DNA of 62,937 nt, the filler included, from Collodictyon triciliatum (lineage: Eukaryota): the NCBI GenBank assembly GCA_043381765.1. It is 8 parts of 8 records of this genome, joined end to end, with 100 filler letters (N's around TTAATTAATTAA, not from the genome) between each part and the next. Parts side by side here need not be neighbours in the genome. Positions count along the whole stretch, not along the records: positions 1 to 9,129 come from JBHJMP010003144.1; positions 9,230 to 18,356 come from JBHJMP010003145.1; positions 18,457 to 27,582 come from JBHJMP010003146.1; 5 more parts are not named here. One strand, 5' to 3'. The notes below the pieces were generated by a model. It made no database searches. It was not told the origin of the DNA and saw only the letters and a list, made by a program, of their open reading frames with translations. The position numbers and the translations under genes were made by a program. This document shows positions 1 to 27,420 of this stretch, one piece after another (within the stretch, counting starts at the first letter, position 1; every line of letters begins with the position of its first letter).

Positions 1-142
1 CAAAACAAAACAAAACAAAACAAAACAAAACAAAACAAAACAAAACAAAACAAAACAAAACAAAACAAAACAAAACAAAACAAAACAAAACAAAACAAAA
101 CAAAACAAAACAAAACAAAAAGAAAACAAAAGAAAACAAAAC
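1..142. repeat. (CAAAA)n microsatellite at the contig end
   Basis: Direct reading. Confidence 0.97.
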
Positions 143-165
143 ACCTGCCTTGACCCATGATGTAG

Positions 166-3100
166 ATTTATATTAATGTTGGCATCGGGAGCGGTCTCCT
201 AGAGGGCGGGATGATAGAATATTCAAAATCAACCTTCGACATAATCGGAAAAGGTTTTTTATATGCTAACCAAACGCTGAATATATTAAAATGAGATCTC
301 GGGGGAAAATAAACGATGTCGTAAAAATAAAGTAAATTAAGCACATGAAATGATTTCAGGGTATGATGAAGCCATGGAATGCGTAAATGAAGCACAAAAA
401 TGGGACATTATAGTAGACCAGGTCACTAAGGATTCATGGATGTGTGAGACGAAGATGATGGTATCATTTTTTCAACTGGTTATAATATTCCATTTTATGA
501 AATTAGAATTCAGCTAAGCAGCTAGGCTAATGGTATTTTAATAACATATACCAAAGCAAGAATTGAGTCACTTTCAGGAGGTTGAGTGCTCAAATACAAA
601 TAAGAAGCGATTCCTATTTATACAAGATAATAAAGAGTTGGTTGTGAAGCATAAATCTAAAAAGAAGATAAAATTAAGACAAAAAGAAGATGAAGTGCAA
701 AGTCCTGAGAACACAGCTAAATCCAATAGAGTAAGTTCCATTTATTCTCTATTAATTTAACGAATACATATTTCATTTTATGAACCATTATTGAGTTGTT
801 TTAATGCAGTTGATAAATAGTTAATCGATGAACAAGAAAATAGCCCTTTCACTATCGCAAAGAGAGACCGCGGAGTAATGGCTTACTTTGGAGACCTTAG
901 ATTCAAAAATGTTGACGATGAGACGTCATTTCAGAAACATTTGATGACCGAACGCAATAGAAGAATAAATATGTTTGTTCAATCTTTTTATTAGTTCAAA
1001 ATATATTGTTGTATTTTTGTCCATTTGATTACATGCCATAGATTATTCTGATAAAATTTTGATTTCAGAATTCAGTCTATCGCCGCATGTATGAGCTGCG
1101 GCATTTTTGGATATACTGATTATACTGTCATAAAGGATTGCCCAGAATTCGAGACGGAATCAAACGCACTCCTCATAGCGCGATATTTGATCATATTTCC
1201 AACGCTCATTTTGCTGAGCTCATGGAACATGTTTTTTCAGGCGGTATCTGTCTCAGGAAAATTTTACCTGACTGGTTCACGGATCTTACCAATTATAATC
1301 GCATTGATATATGGAGCCTTTGCACTGGTTAAATTATTGTATATTTTCTCAAGTTTTGGAATAGAGTGCTCTATGGGTTGGTATAGTTTCTTGTTCATTT
1401 ATGCAGAAATCTACCAAGTCGGATTTTATCTAGCATCTTCCGTTTCAGTCTCATCAATACATGTATTTGCATTCTACTTGGTCTGGTCAGTATACTCTGC
1501 GTGGTTCTTTCTGAGCTATTTCAATCAGTTCGAGTAAGATGTTTGTTTTCTTAATTATTTACTTTGTGACTCTGCCATCACCTACTAGCAAAATCACGTT
1601 TCATTAAATGTCAAAATAATTCTGTAACTATGTAACCTGATACTGGAAATCCTCTACTGTACAAAATCAGGAATGAAAGCAATGGGAGCCCTTTCGTATC
1701 CATGATTATAACATTCATAGCTGATTTTTTATTTTGTGCGGTTTTCACTGTGTCACGTGAAACTTCGTCCAGACAAGAATTTTTAGACGCCCAAGGACTT
1801 CATAAAGTAACTGGATTAATTATTTAATGAAATGAAAACATGAATATGAATCGACCTTCATATATTCAAACCAAATAAAGAACATAAAAGCTATTCCTCA
1901 TACATAGCCCGACACATACTCTTGACCGACTTATCTAGGTTAATTTTTTTTCTAAAAAAAGGGCATCAATCAGTTGTTGGATGAAGATAGACGAAGTGAG
2001 CGCGCACTTCTGTCAGCGGTTGGAGATGAAATCCACAAGTCCTTGAAATGTGGAAACTATTCATCTTACAAAACGCTAGTAGAAACGCCAGTGGCTTGTA
2101 TCAGCATTGATTTTAGTATAAACACATCACAAAACTTGGCCACGACAAAGGACCGATTCGCGTACCTCTCAAGTATATATTTTGCACTTATTTATCTCTG
2201 TATAAAGCATGGCTAACTTGTCAATATTTTCAGGGTATGCAAGGATTATAGAGCAATTATGCTCAGTTTACAAAATGGAGGTCATAAAATCCACCAGTAC
2301 GCATATATTCGTATGTTTTTTTTTTTTTTTTTAAAAAAAATAGCTATAATTTAAGAAAACTGTAGGGATAAGTTTAACTGATTTTAACGCGCGTAACCTC
2401 AGGTTATACCAAGTACAATCGGTTCATGCGACGGCATTCTAAGTTTTTGCTTCGAAGTATATTCCAAATTATTATAATGTTTTGTTTTTACGTTATGAAG
2501 TATGTTTCATCATGCAACGATAACTCATGTAGAATACTTTTGCATTCATTTTTTTTTAATATCGAAAGGTGCAGTCCTTGTTTCATAGAACGAAAAGTGA
2601 GGGCGACATCACTCGACTCAGCATCGGGTTAGATGCTGGGACTGTCTCATATGGCATCATAGGTGCATATATATATATATTGAACTATTTTCTCGAGATT
2701 ATACACAGTAACAAGAACCATATACAGGCAAACAGCAGTTTCTTTACGATTGTTTCGGTCCTGCAGGTATGCCAACAACAAGGATTGTTTTCATTCGAGT
2801 AGTTTTAACGATATCCTAATCTTATTGAACCAATAATAAAAAAAATAATTGATATATACACAAACCTAGTATCCGTCTCTATGGAGGTCTCAAAGCATGG
2901 AAAACCAGGAGATATCTATGTAGCTTTAATCAGATGCATGAGTATATATACGCATGCGTTATCTTTTCTTCGCCTGCTTATTCTTAATGTTTTTATGTTT
3001 CCCCCCCACGAAACGTAAATATATATGTATGCACATATGCACACACCGCGTCCTTGGGCTTCGCAACACCGAATAATTGTACGATTCAGGCATCAGAAGA

Positions 3101-3305
3101 AGTAGTTGCTCACAGCACCGGACTCGTTTTTTACGAAGGATTATTTGTGAAGAGGATTCTGACGAGAGACAAGCAGAACGTAAAAGTGTTCGCCATGGTA
3201 GAAAAAGCGGATGTGTGGGGGGAATATATCCGACAGGTGGAGTGGTTTGAGGACAAAGCAAACCCGGACAAAGCAGCACCCGGAAGGAAAGAACCAACAC
3301 TTTAA
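166..3305 (+). CDS. Multi-exon, 5'-truncated membrane class III nucleotide cyclase-like protein (cyclase domain - TM bundle - cyclase domain), degenerate
   Basis: Spliced exons give INVGIGSGLLEGGMIEYSKSTFDIIGKGYDEAME (first cyclase domain), a multi-pass hydrophobic block (1091-1537), and LSIGLDAGTVSYGIIGKQQFLYDCFGPAVSVSMEVSKHGKPGDIYASEE (second cyclase domain, cf. IGIHTGPVVAGVIG...YDxWGDTVNxASRMES). Stop at 3303-3305. Confidence 0.75.
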
Positions 3306-3637
3306 AACACTCCCGACTGAACCCACTCATAATAAACAAGTCTCTGGAGAAGAAACAGAGATGAACTGAACTGCGCTGTTGCCCTAACGTGCTTCCTGGT
3401 GCTTTGTGTTTTGGCTGCTGCTTCGTTCCAGCAAAACGAGTGGATGAGTTTGTTACTGAGGTGGCAAAGTCCCCCTTTTACATGTATATATATATGTATA
3501 TATATATATTTATGTAGCTTTAGCAGCGCACTCCTTGTTCTCGAGAGAAGCAGCCTTTTCCTCAAGCCTACGTATCTCTGGAGAAAACCTCCGCAGCCAA
3601 CTCAACTCCCAAGCCTCCTTTGAGAGCGTCGCTTGAG

Positions 3638-6600
3638 ATGAGTTTTCCACGGCGATCAAATCCAACTCCGCCGCTGACGTTGCCGCCGATTCGCGACGCC
3701 ATCCAAAACACGACCGATCGAGAGTCTCACGAGGTTTTGTCCTTAAAACACTCCCACAAACTCTGCGGATCTTCTCTTCTTTTTCTGACTCTGATTTTGC
3801 ATTTTGCAAAAACCACGTACGAGTGAAGCCATGCACTGACATCTTTTATATGCTTCATATGGCCTATTTTTATTTTTATCTTTATCTTTGTCTATGTTTT
3901 TATCTACGTCTTTATCTTTATCTTTATCTTTATCTTTATCTTTATCTTTATCTTTATCTTTATCTTTATCTTTATCTTTATCTTTATCTTTATCTTTATC
4001 TTTATCTTTATCATTTTACCCAGCAATCTTTAAGGACTCCACGAAGTCACTCAGGAAGGTTTGTACTATATGTCCATTTTTTAACCTCGAATGGTTTTTT
4101 TTTTTTTTTTGCTTTTTTTGCGTGAGTACATAAAATGAGTTGTCACTATTTGATCTTAATCAGTCCTGCCATGGATAAAAACATCCTGCCAATGATATTC
4201 ATATACTTAGATACACACCAAGAACATACAGTCAGGGCTCTAATCCACAAACACTTCGGCTTTCTGCGTCGAGAGAGTCGCAGCCCATTCCGACGTCCTC
4301 ACCTGCTGCCACCTTCCGAAGGTTCTTTAAATCTTGCAAAATGCATTATTTTACTCATTTTCATTACTCTTCTGTTTCTTTCTGTGAATAATATGAGCAT
4401 ATATACGTATAAAAGTATGTATCTTGGACTTGAAATTGATAAGAACAAATTGATGCAGAGAGCTTACTGGTAGCTGCGAGAAGGAAAATGCAGTTGTTTA
4501 TGGTGATTTATTAAGTGACTGGAAACCAGCTCTCTCTATCGCAGATGAGATTCGACACGCATCGAAGGAATCCAAAAGGCATGTTGTCATGTATCCAGTG
4601 ACACGCTATTACCTATGCATATATACAGATCTTCATAAATATTATGATTACATAATCTTTATATCACCATATTTTGATTATTAGCTGAATATACTACGTC
4701 AAAGCAGTGCTATTATTTTATTTTTATGATGATGATGATGATGATGATGATGGTGATGATGACGATTTGCCCTCTAAATAATACTTATGTTTCCTTCACA
4801 AAGGCTCCGCGAAGACCTGCAAAACCCCCGAGAATCCTTAGGCTCCATCGAAGATGAAATAGGACGACAAAAAGTGGCTTTGTCAGCTGAAATTGAATCT
4901 TTAAAAGCAATCACTTCGACACAGATTGTCCAATCCGACAAATTCCAAGGTATTTTGATTGAATGTAATGTAGTCCAAAAAGGATAGAAAATTGCAACCA
5001 TTATCCAAATGACCGAGCATGAAAATTCATTCCAGTACCAGCTGTAATTTGATGAGAATCAATCCCTGACAAGCAGATACCTGAATGAATTTTTCCGTTT
5101 TCTTTTCTGTATACCCAGCAACAACAGAGGAGCTCAAAATTCGTATGCAACAATGGAAAGAGGCGTCACAAGTCCTAACAAAGACTGGTTTGCAGACTGT
5201 GCACCCCATTATCGACACAATTTATTCCTTTCAAAAAACTGCTCAGTTGTTAATTCAGTGTACAATAAATATGTATTAGATGAAGTGAACCAGGAGCTTG
5301 AGCGCCTACTGACAAATTTGGAAGCAGAGGAGACGAACGTTCATATAATTATGAAGAACATGGATATCCTGACGAATGCGCTCAGAGATAGAGAGATGAG
5401 CACATCCGTAATTTTGAATTATTTTTTTTACATATATTATTCGAACTATTCAATTATTCCGACATTTTAGTATCTTGTCATATATACAAGGGCGTAATGC
5501 CTCCTATTTTACTCTTATATTGAATACCTCCGATGCCATTTGAAATTCCATAATTATATCACTCTAAGGCGATGACGTTTAACATCTTGTAGTCACCACA
5601 GTCAAGGGCAAAGCGAGCAAATATACTCCCCACGCAAGACGAATCATCTACCAAGACGAAATCTATTGACATACAGACCGACTTTACATTCACAAATACA
5701 CTCGAGGCACTTTACACAAATCTTACCACACAACTTGCGGTGACGCTTCGAAGCACTGCAAAATCAGAGCAGTCTGCACAACTGGCTGATATTCCCGATT
5801 ACGTGGCAACATTCTTTTTGAAGAGGTCTGGATTGGGCGTGAAGCAATCAGACAATAAGGAGGTTCAGGTGGACCCATCCCAGTTGTATGGATTGACAGC
5901 AGTACAAAGACAGCTCTACTTTTTCAGCAGCAAAGAAACGGGTTCACAGACAGAGATATCAGCAGCCATGAAAAACTGGGCAGAGCTTTTCGATGGACCA
6001 TCAAACACAACAATCGAGACAGACTCTCACGATGTACTCACTACACAAACCAAAATCATTTTTATATTTTTCATAGCATGTATTTTTTTTAGAGATGAGT
6101 CGCAGTTTGCATTTATTTCACCCCCTTTGTTTTGAAATACAGGTTCAGCGTATTATCGATTCTGCAAATGTTATTTCGTTTTACGATGCTGAAAAGAAAA
6201 GAGCATCGCTTTCCACAAGGCGCCGTAGAATATCTCAAACAGAACGATCTGAAGATATCCATAAAGTCTCCGCCTCGAATGCAGCTTCTGAACAGAAGGA
6301 ACTTGCATCCATCGAAGAAGATTTCAAAAAACGAGTATGCTTTACTCAAATCATAGAACGAATTGTCTGTTGTATTTCAAGTATGTTTTTGATTTTAACT
6401 AAAGACTGCTTTTAATCAATTAATAATCAGACCGTCGCTATGCATCCGAGCTGGGCTTCCTTTATTCATGGTTTTCTTTCCAGCAATCGCAATATCAATG
6501 GTGATTGTCTGCATATTTTTCTCTCTGTAGTACTAAAATAAAATTACACCGATGTATTGCATTTAAGAGGGTGCATTCAGCTCAACTACGAACCCAAAGA

Positions 6601-8751
6601 AAATGAAGTCTTTCTCAAGGAAAGAGTACGTTAACTTCGTCGGGTTGTCATATCTCGAAAAGGTGATTTTATCGGCGCGTCAGTGCAATTAAATTAATAA
6701 TTTGCAATTATCATATCAATAGAATTCTTTTTATACTATAAACACTTCAATATCAAAATATATCCTAATAATCCCATAAACCACATCTGACATTACTTTT
6801 CATTTGACACATACTTTTTTCAATCCTGTGGACAATAGTTACTCAAAAAACTTTTTCTATTTGCCCCCAAAACTCGAAAGATTCAGGCCGATCTGATGGA
6901 GGCTTCGTCGGGAAGCCCTCGACTTCGATTTCCCGAATATATTCTTGAGCTGCTCTTGGAAAAGTACCCCCGTGTGACGGTTGGGAGAGTAATTGAATCG
7001 TATTGATATACATCTATGACCCATGGTTGTATGAGCCAAGTTACGATAAGAAACAAGTTATTGGTCAATAATGTACTGAAGGCTTTGTCTTACATCATAA
7101 ACACAGCTACTCCTGAGCATTCTGCAGTTCTGTCGCAGATACACATCAGAGCCTTTGAGTCGAGTCTATGCGGAGTTTTGCGGGCTGACTGATTCAATCG
7201 AGCATCCTGTTGATGTCCAATCTTTTTATCTGTATGTTTTCATGGATAAAAGCCGTGGCCAAAGACTTTTTTTTAAAAAAAAAATAATACAAAGAGTTAT
7301 GGTAATTATGTAGAACTACTCTGTTTATCCATGGTATTTACCACGACGAGAATAGAAAAAAAGTCAATACCTTATTATATCTGTAACAGTGATGCGTTAA
7401 AACGAATATTGGATGTTAATGCATTATTGCAATCAAACGAGCAATTTCTGCTCAAAGCGGATGATACCGTTTGGTTCGTAATGTATCCTCGAGCGACAGA
7501 ATCTCTCAAGGGAGTTTTCAAGTATTTTGTGCATTCGATTTAATCAATCAGTAAAAGTTGATAATTAGATTTGTCTATTGATTTGAACTCATAATGTTTC
7601 ATATGGTTTGATAAAACGTTTTCTAATATATTAGCATGTTCACACCGGCATTTTGTGAGAATCTTTTCGCACGAATTGAAAAATATACTATTGAAGGACC
7701 TTTGCTGATTATGGAGTACCGTTCCACTCAAAGCACTGTTCGTCAAATCAAGTGAGCGGTTTCAAACATGTGCACAATCCTATATCACTATATTTCCCTA
7801 TCGAAGTGTTTGTTCGTTTTTCTTTTCTTTTTTTAATTCCTGAATTTATTGTGATTAATTCTAAATTATTCCATTTCTCTTATGTTCCCTTCTTTGAACC
7901 CACCATGCAGAGACGGTAGCCGGTACATAAACATCCATGATGTGGTTTCCTTGGCGATGGATGAATACTACGTAACAATATTAATAAATTTCTAACATAG
8001 GCAGATGATGCAGAGCAAAAACTAATATGTTTAATCACTTTATCATTTGATGAAATACAAGGCGAGGTCGGGTGTTTGTTCTGAAGGATTTCATTTTTAA
8101 TAAGTAATTGATTTACACACATCAAAGAGGGAAATTGAGCGGCTTCAGTCGCGTATCGAAAATGCATTCTCCACCGCAAACAAACCAAACACGACATGGA
8201 AACTCCCCGAATTCGTCTCTGTCATCAAGACCCTTTGCAGCACATTAACACAAAGGCAGGCGAGTAAAGATATACAAATGAATATGCTTAATAAAATAAA
8301 ATAAAATAAAATAAAATAAAATAAAATAAAATAAAATAAAATAAAATAAAATAAAATAAAATAAAATAAAATAAAATAAAATAAAATAAAAACAAAAGAA
8401 ATAACAACAAGTGATGGGTCTCGGTTTTTTTTTTCCACTAGAAATAACTTGCATGTTTCATTATCATTTGGCTTTAACCTCACAAGAATTGCACACAGCT
8501 TCTGAATGGCTCGTATCACCCAGTCGTATTTTCAAATTGTAAAGGTATACTAAATGCATCTTTGTGACATTTAGTCGATGGCGTTGTATCGCATCGCACT
8601 GGAGGCAAATCGGAATGGAAAACTGGAGCCGCGACTGATTGCAACATCGATTCGCTTCCAATTTATGGAGTATATTCGCTCTGTTTATATGCCTTCAAGC
8701 CGAGCGCCAAACTCTGCGGGAATGCTAAAACAGTACTTGGGTAATGAATAG
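3638..8751 (+). CDS. Multi-exon hypothetical protein with coiled-coil N-terminal half and possible degenerate EF-hand-like C-terminus
   Basis: Chain of GT-AG bounded exons: MSFPRRSNPTPP..., LREDLQNPRESLGSIEDEIGRQK, ELERLLTNLEAEE, LRFPEYILELLLEKYP, ...QYLGNE*. No family recognised with confidence; start and end approximate. Confidence 0.55.
3910..4012. repeat. (CTTTAT)n intronic microsatellite
   Basis: Direct reading. Confidence 0.95.
8290..8390. repeat. (ATAAA)n intronic microsatellite
   Basis: Direct reading. Confidence 0.95.
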
Positions 8752-9031
8752 TCTTATGGGGCAAATATCCAAAGCACCCTCTATTACTATGGTGAACCTT
8801 TCCATTCTCAATTTCATTTCATTTCACCTTTTTTTTTTTTTCAGTTGTAAATATTGTGTTATTTCGCATTAGTGGGTTAATTGTGTTGTGAATGGTGTTT
8901 CTCTCTCCTTCAACAAGATTCATGCTTTTGACCTTACGTTTTACAATCAATTTTTAGAAATAAAATTCTTACCTTTTGGAATTTTTGCTTATATGGTTTA
9001 TTTTTCTTAATAAAATTAATCATGACAGAAA

Positions 9032-9067
<36 letters not shown>

Positions 9068-9129
9068 CTCTTTTTTTTTTAACTTTTTTTTTTTTTTTTT
9101 TATTTTTCTTTTATTTTTTTTTTTTTTTT

Positions 9130-9229
9130 NNNNNNNNNNNNNNNNNNNNNNNNNNNNNNNNNNNNNNNNNNNNTTAATTAATTAANNNNNNNNNNNNNNN
9201 NNNNNNNNNNNNNNNNNNNNNNNNNNNNN
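9130..9229. other. Artificial contig linker (N44-TTAATTAATTAA-N44); identical linkers at 18357-18456, 27583-27682, 36810-36909, 46036-46135, 50411-50510, 59625-59724
   Basis: Identical 100-nt N-padded six-frame-stop spacer; most intervening contigs are about 9.1 kb and genes are cut at their ends. Confidence 0.98.
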
Positions 9230-9262
9230 TCTGTGTGACGGAGTGTGTGGGGGGGGAGGGGT

Positions 9263-9296
<34 letters not shown>

Positions 9297-9426
9297 TGAA
9301 GATAACGAGACTCATTACGCCATAAGTACGAACACAATTAGGTCGACACACTTCCCTGTCCGCAGTTTCGTTGCCGTCACAAAAATATCGACGGCTTCCT
9401 TCAGCTCCAAATGTTACACCTTGAAA

Positions 9427-12371
9427 ATGACACAACCGATACAATCAATTCCGCTACTGCGATTCTTCTCTTCTTTGGTCCGCCCTGTTCGTGGTCAACT
9501 GAGCTCTAACACTGCAAAGAAGCCATCATTCTTCCGCCTTTACTCAACACCTGAGAAGGTTATTCACAAGCTGTCATTTTCAACATTAATACAAAAACAT
9601 CCATTTACAGCACTTCCCCCTCTATACGTATAACTTGGTCAACTGTAATTATAACAAAACAGAATTTTAAACAGACTCGCCAGCTTACTAATAGACAAAA
9701 CTATGAATGCTTAGAATGATGTAGGTAAACAAATACCGATGCCTGGTAAAGGCGACAACAAGATTATAAAAATGTATCACCACGCCAAGGATTTTCTCAT
9801 TCAACTTTGGATGGCCACAAAACTCTTCTGGGCCGATACAAAGGCAGCGAGTTCCATACTTGTTCGGCTTTTGGAGGTTCTATTCTGGATAATCGTCCCA
9901 TTAACTTATGTAGCAATTTTTTTTTTTTTTGCGTGTATTTGCCTCTTAACTGAAGAATAAAAATTTGTTAAAGGGTCACCAACTAATGAGGCGTGAGAGA
10001 CAACTTTTGGTTCGTGCTGCCGGGGATGTCTTCAAACTAGTCCCCTTGATTGTAGTTATTGTTGTTCCATTCCTGGAGCTTGCACTACCCATTATATTGA
10101 TACGTTTCCCCAATATCCTGCCTAGTCAGTTTAAGGGTGTGTTGCAAAAGGTAGACAGTCATCATCGCATGTGAACTGTATATGTATACGGATATGTGAT
10201 AATACATGGTCTTTCAGTAGGGTTCATCAAAACAAGTTATTTGAAACTTTTAGTGAAATATATTATATTACAACTCGGATTCTAGGAAGAAGAGAAAAAG
10301 AAATTACTCCAAGCCAAGCTACACGTCGCACAGTTTTTGCAAGACACGATGATTGAAATGAGTACCGACCTGGGAAAGCGCCGCGTAGGCTCGATTAAGA
10401 CTCAAGCAGATGAATTTCACTCGTTCATGGAGAAGGTAAAGTACCAAGACTCTGAAAAAATAACAAAAATCTAGCCTATTAGATCATCACATTTCTGTCA
10501 TCAATCAAATCAATATCACTTACCAATCGTAGAAAAATTACTCACATACAAAATTATTGAAAACAACAGATCCATCGAGGTGAACACGTTGAAGTACGAG
10601 AAATCATCCACTTCTCTCAGCTTTTCCGAGATGAGTTTACACTTGACAAGCTTCCGAGGGAGCAGTTAATTGCTCTAGGAAAATATCTCGGCATTAAGCC
10701 AATTGGAACAGAGAATTTTATTCGCTTCCAAATACGTTCAAAGATTAGGCATATTAGGCGTGATGACAAGGTTGGAATATTTCACATTCATAGTTTTTTT
10801 TTTTTTGCATCTGTATGTACACATCAGATATATTCTAATCTTTGCACATCATTTACGAAACTGATATTTTGTTGTGTGTTTTGGTTATATTCCTTCCATG
10901 TGCTTAAATTTCGCTGTTTAAGGAAATCAAAGAAGAGGGAATAAATAGTCTGACGTTGGAAGAGCTCAAAGAAGCATGTAGCACCCGTGGAATGGGAGCT
11001 GAGGATGCATCGAAGGCAGAGCTCCGTCAAAAGCTCTCTGATTGGATAGACTTGTCTTTGAATCACAACCTACCAACATCAATGCTTGTCATGTCGCAGG
11101 TATTTCCTTTCCTTTCCTTTCTTTTTTCACTTTTATTCATTTCTATCATAAATTTATCACCTGTCACAGGACATCTTTTGCTTGAACTTTGCATCTATAA
11201 TTCCACTCTTTTCCCCTTCTATAACTGCATATGCCATTAAATGACTGTGTCGCATTTTTAAAGCATTTCTTTAATCCCTTCCCCCGTGTACACACCCACA
11301 GATATTCATAAATCATTTTCAAGATAAAGATTGATTAGAATTTCAAAAAAAAAAAAAACATAGTATTGTTATTAAAGCTCGTTTAGTAATTAAAAAGTTG
11401 TTATGGTTTTCGTCAAATAGGTCTTTATGGCAAATACCACGCTCAACCCAGCCGATGCTCTAAAAGCTACCGTCCAATCACTGCCTAGCGAGCTTGTTTC
11501 TACTCTCAAAGAAAAGATCTCGTCCGAAACTGGACCAGTGGAGAACTCGGCCACTCATTATGAAGATAAGCTGGAGCTATTGAACCAAGAGAGAAAGTTG
11601 ATTGAAGAGGAGCGCAAGGAAGCAGAAATGATGCTCCAGGCTGCAGCCCAAGGAAAAGAACTCCCCCCAACTACTACAATTGCGTCGATGGTAACAGAGG
11701 ATGACATCAAACAGCCCAATTCTACTGAAACAATCGTAGAGGCCTTGAGCTCTCTCGTTCGACCCGAATCTTCTGTCGAGCAAGAGAAGGAAATGGTGGA
11801 GAAGCTGAAAAAGAACCAAGAAGAGCTAGAGGAAAGTCTTAACAAAAGTATTCTGGATGTTGTATTGGATGACAAAGAATGGAAATCATCTGACCGTCTG
11901 TCAAAGAGACTGGGTAAAATCTTGGTGAAACTGCAGAAAGACTTGGACAAAACGGCCGAAAATATCGGAGATAAACTCCACGTGCTTGACACAAATCGTG
12001 ATGGCGTTATCTCCAAGGAGGAACTAGAGGTTTGCTTCGAATTATACATTTTCTTCAGTTATTTTTGTTTTTTTTTTCTCTTCTTTCTTCTTTCAACTCT
12101 TACAAAAAGTACTGAGCGATTTCTTGACTGGTCTAGCAAGACCTTACATATGGGTATCTACATATATACAATCTTTGTATTCAAGCCATATGCGCACACT
12201 CATTACACCATTGCTCAACAGGGCGTGATGAACCATCTCAGCAAAAAGTATACACCAGAGGAGGTGAACCAGGTGCTAAAGGAACTTGACCGAGACAATG
12301 ACGGCAAGATTACGCTCTCAGACATCGATGACACCATGGATAAGCTCAAGAGTAAAGAAGAGGATAACTAG
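9427..12371 (+). CDS. LETM1: LETM1/Mdm38-family mitochondrial inner-membrane protein with two C-terminal EF-hands
   Basis: Arg/Ser-rich targeting-like N-terminus; GHQLMRRERQLLVRAAGDVFKLVPLIVVIVVPFLELALPIILIRFPNILPSQF; VAQFLQDT; LTLEELKEACSTRGM...LSDWIDLSLNHNLPTSML; EF loops DTNRDGVISKEEL and DRDNDGKITLSDI. Confidence 0.95.
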
Positions 12372-13270
12372 TGGAGTCCTCATATTTTTTTTTTAAAAAA
12401 AAGAGACAGAAGAAATATGGTGCATACCTAACTAATAAAATGGAATAATATATAATTTGGACACTTTATTAACGCTCTTCGATGAAGTCGTTTGACACTT
12501 CCTCGAGATTGCAAACCAGATGTGCCCACTTGGTCGTATTAAATTAAATTGGTCTCATTACATTTTATTTACTCATAATTCAAACGATTCTTAAAATCGT
12601 ACACAATCCAATTCATTATTCAACCTGTGCAGCATGGAAACGAGAATGATAGTATCATAGATAAGAAATAACGAAAAAGTGAAACCTTATTTTTTTTTTC
12701 AAAGAATTCATGTTTTTGTATACCTGCACTTGATGAGTAAAGACATCTTCACCATTCATAGCAGACAAGAAAAGCAGATATTAACAAAGAAGAAATAATT
12801 GTACATCATAAGACTACGTTCATCCAGAAATCGAACAAAACCTGGGTTAGTCCTGTGATGTTTTCGGCGGTGGAATCTAATTCAATCTAAGCGTGAGTCT
12901 GCATCCAAACCACCGACTTTGTAATCACGGCCAATTAGTCCAGAGGTATCCCCAACTTTAAAGAGATTCAATTGACAGGAGCGACAAGACAAAGACAAAA
13001 TAGAGCAAAAAAAAAAAAAAATACTGATAAAGGACATCGCTGCCACATCCGACAGCAGCTCTTTCCCCTGTCTGGCGGTGTGGTTGCCCGACCAGCCCAT
13101 GCATACTATATCCGGAAGTAGGTGCATCCAATTTCTTGAAGTAGAAAATTCGAATGCGGCTTCCATCGTGCAATCCGTACGACCAAAACCGCGCTTCCGC
13201 TTGATCGGGAGCCAAAGAATGCTGCTAGCCTCAGAATCAAAGAAAAACATCGAGCAGGAGGCAAGGAAGA

Positions 13271-17949
<4,679 letters not shown>

Positions 17950-19153
17950 GAATATCAAGATACTAGCATTCCACCTGGATGTTTTTCTCCACCAAAATAA
18001 ATCAGACGAAACTTTCCCATACTACCCAGAAATCCCAATTCTGTAAAAACTTACCGCTGACTGACACGTCAGATTGTCATGATGGAAGGCTGGAGTCGTG
18101 TGCATAAACTTCAAGGAAGCGTCCTAGCGATACCCTGCCAGGTATTGCGGAGTAGGTTGTCTGTAGCAGTGGGTTAGTGCTTGATTACTCTGTGATTGAA
18201 AATCAAAAAAAAAAGATAATTAATTTGTGCTCCGAGCACTGGTAAAAAAATAAAATATTTCCTCATTTGATTTACAAGTGTGGAAATCCACAAAGAATGG
18301 AATCCCATTCTGTGGCCTTCTGCGTGGATTTTCCAACGCCATTATCTCCCTTATAANNNNNNNNNNNNNNNNNNNNNNNNNNNNNNNNNNNNNNNNNNNN
18401 TTAATTAATTAANNNNNNNNNNNNNNNNNNNNNNNNNNNNNNNNNNNNNNNNNNNNGAAAAAAGAGAGAAAAAAGAGAGAAAAAAGAGAGAAAAAAGAGA
18501 GAAAAAAGAGAGAAAAAAGAGAGAAAAAAGAGAGAAAAAAGAGAGAAAAAAGAGAGAAAAAAGAGAGAAAAAAGAGAAAGAGCCCTATCGACTCCTAAAC
18601 AGCAGCACTTTGTTGCCGGTCTTCCTGGCCGAATCGAAGGGACGATTCTTCGTGCGTGCACTTCTTCGTCAGGTGGCTTTGACAGGGAAAAAATAATTAT
18701 TTGAATTTCCTTCCTGGATGATGGACACAAACGGACAATTTCTGAGAAAATTGAGAGGATCCACTGAGATCAATTCGGATCACGTCAGATCAAAGAGACA
18801 AGAACTGAAAACGCAAGACAACCACACACCAGTTTGTGCCAAATGGTTGCGTATGAAGTTTATTGGTTTACTCGAGGGTATATTTCACAAAGATGTTAAA
18901 ACATTGTCTAGGAAACGCAAAAAGAAAGTTAACACTGATTATAGAAGACTGGGCGATGTCAGTTCCGACGATTGTGATTGTGGTTTTCAGCGGGTGATGC
19001 ACACACACGGTAGGCAGCAGGCTTTTAAAAAAGGACAGGGCTGGTTAAAAAGAACGCTGAAAAGTCAAATGTTTCCACATTCTTCTTAGAGATGTTGCCA
19101 CTGAATTGAACCCTGTAATCATGTCGATTAGTAAATGTTTGGAAAACAACCTG

Positions 19154-27420
<8,267 letters not shown>

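Noticed and set aside
3823-4133. YL/SL-repeat ORFs and similar LFYFI, FVCL, FVLFC, poly-I and poly-Y ORFs elsewhere
   Set aside because: Translations of intronic microsatellites.
9130-9229. Recurrent N-TTAATTAATTAA-N motif at near-regular 9.2-kb spacing
   Set aside because: Artificial six-frame-stop linker between similarly sized contigs, not biological periodicity.
9249-9295. Long poly-G run (also poly-C at 59792-59814) suggesting a G-quadruplex or Gly/Pro-rich ORF
   Set aside because: It lies at a contig end next to Ns, typical of low-quality or two-colour sequencing artefacts.
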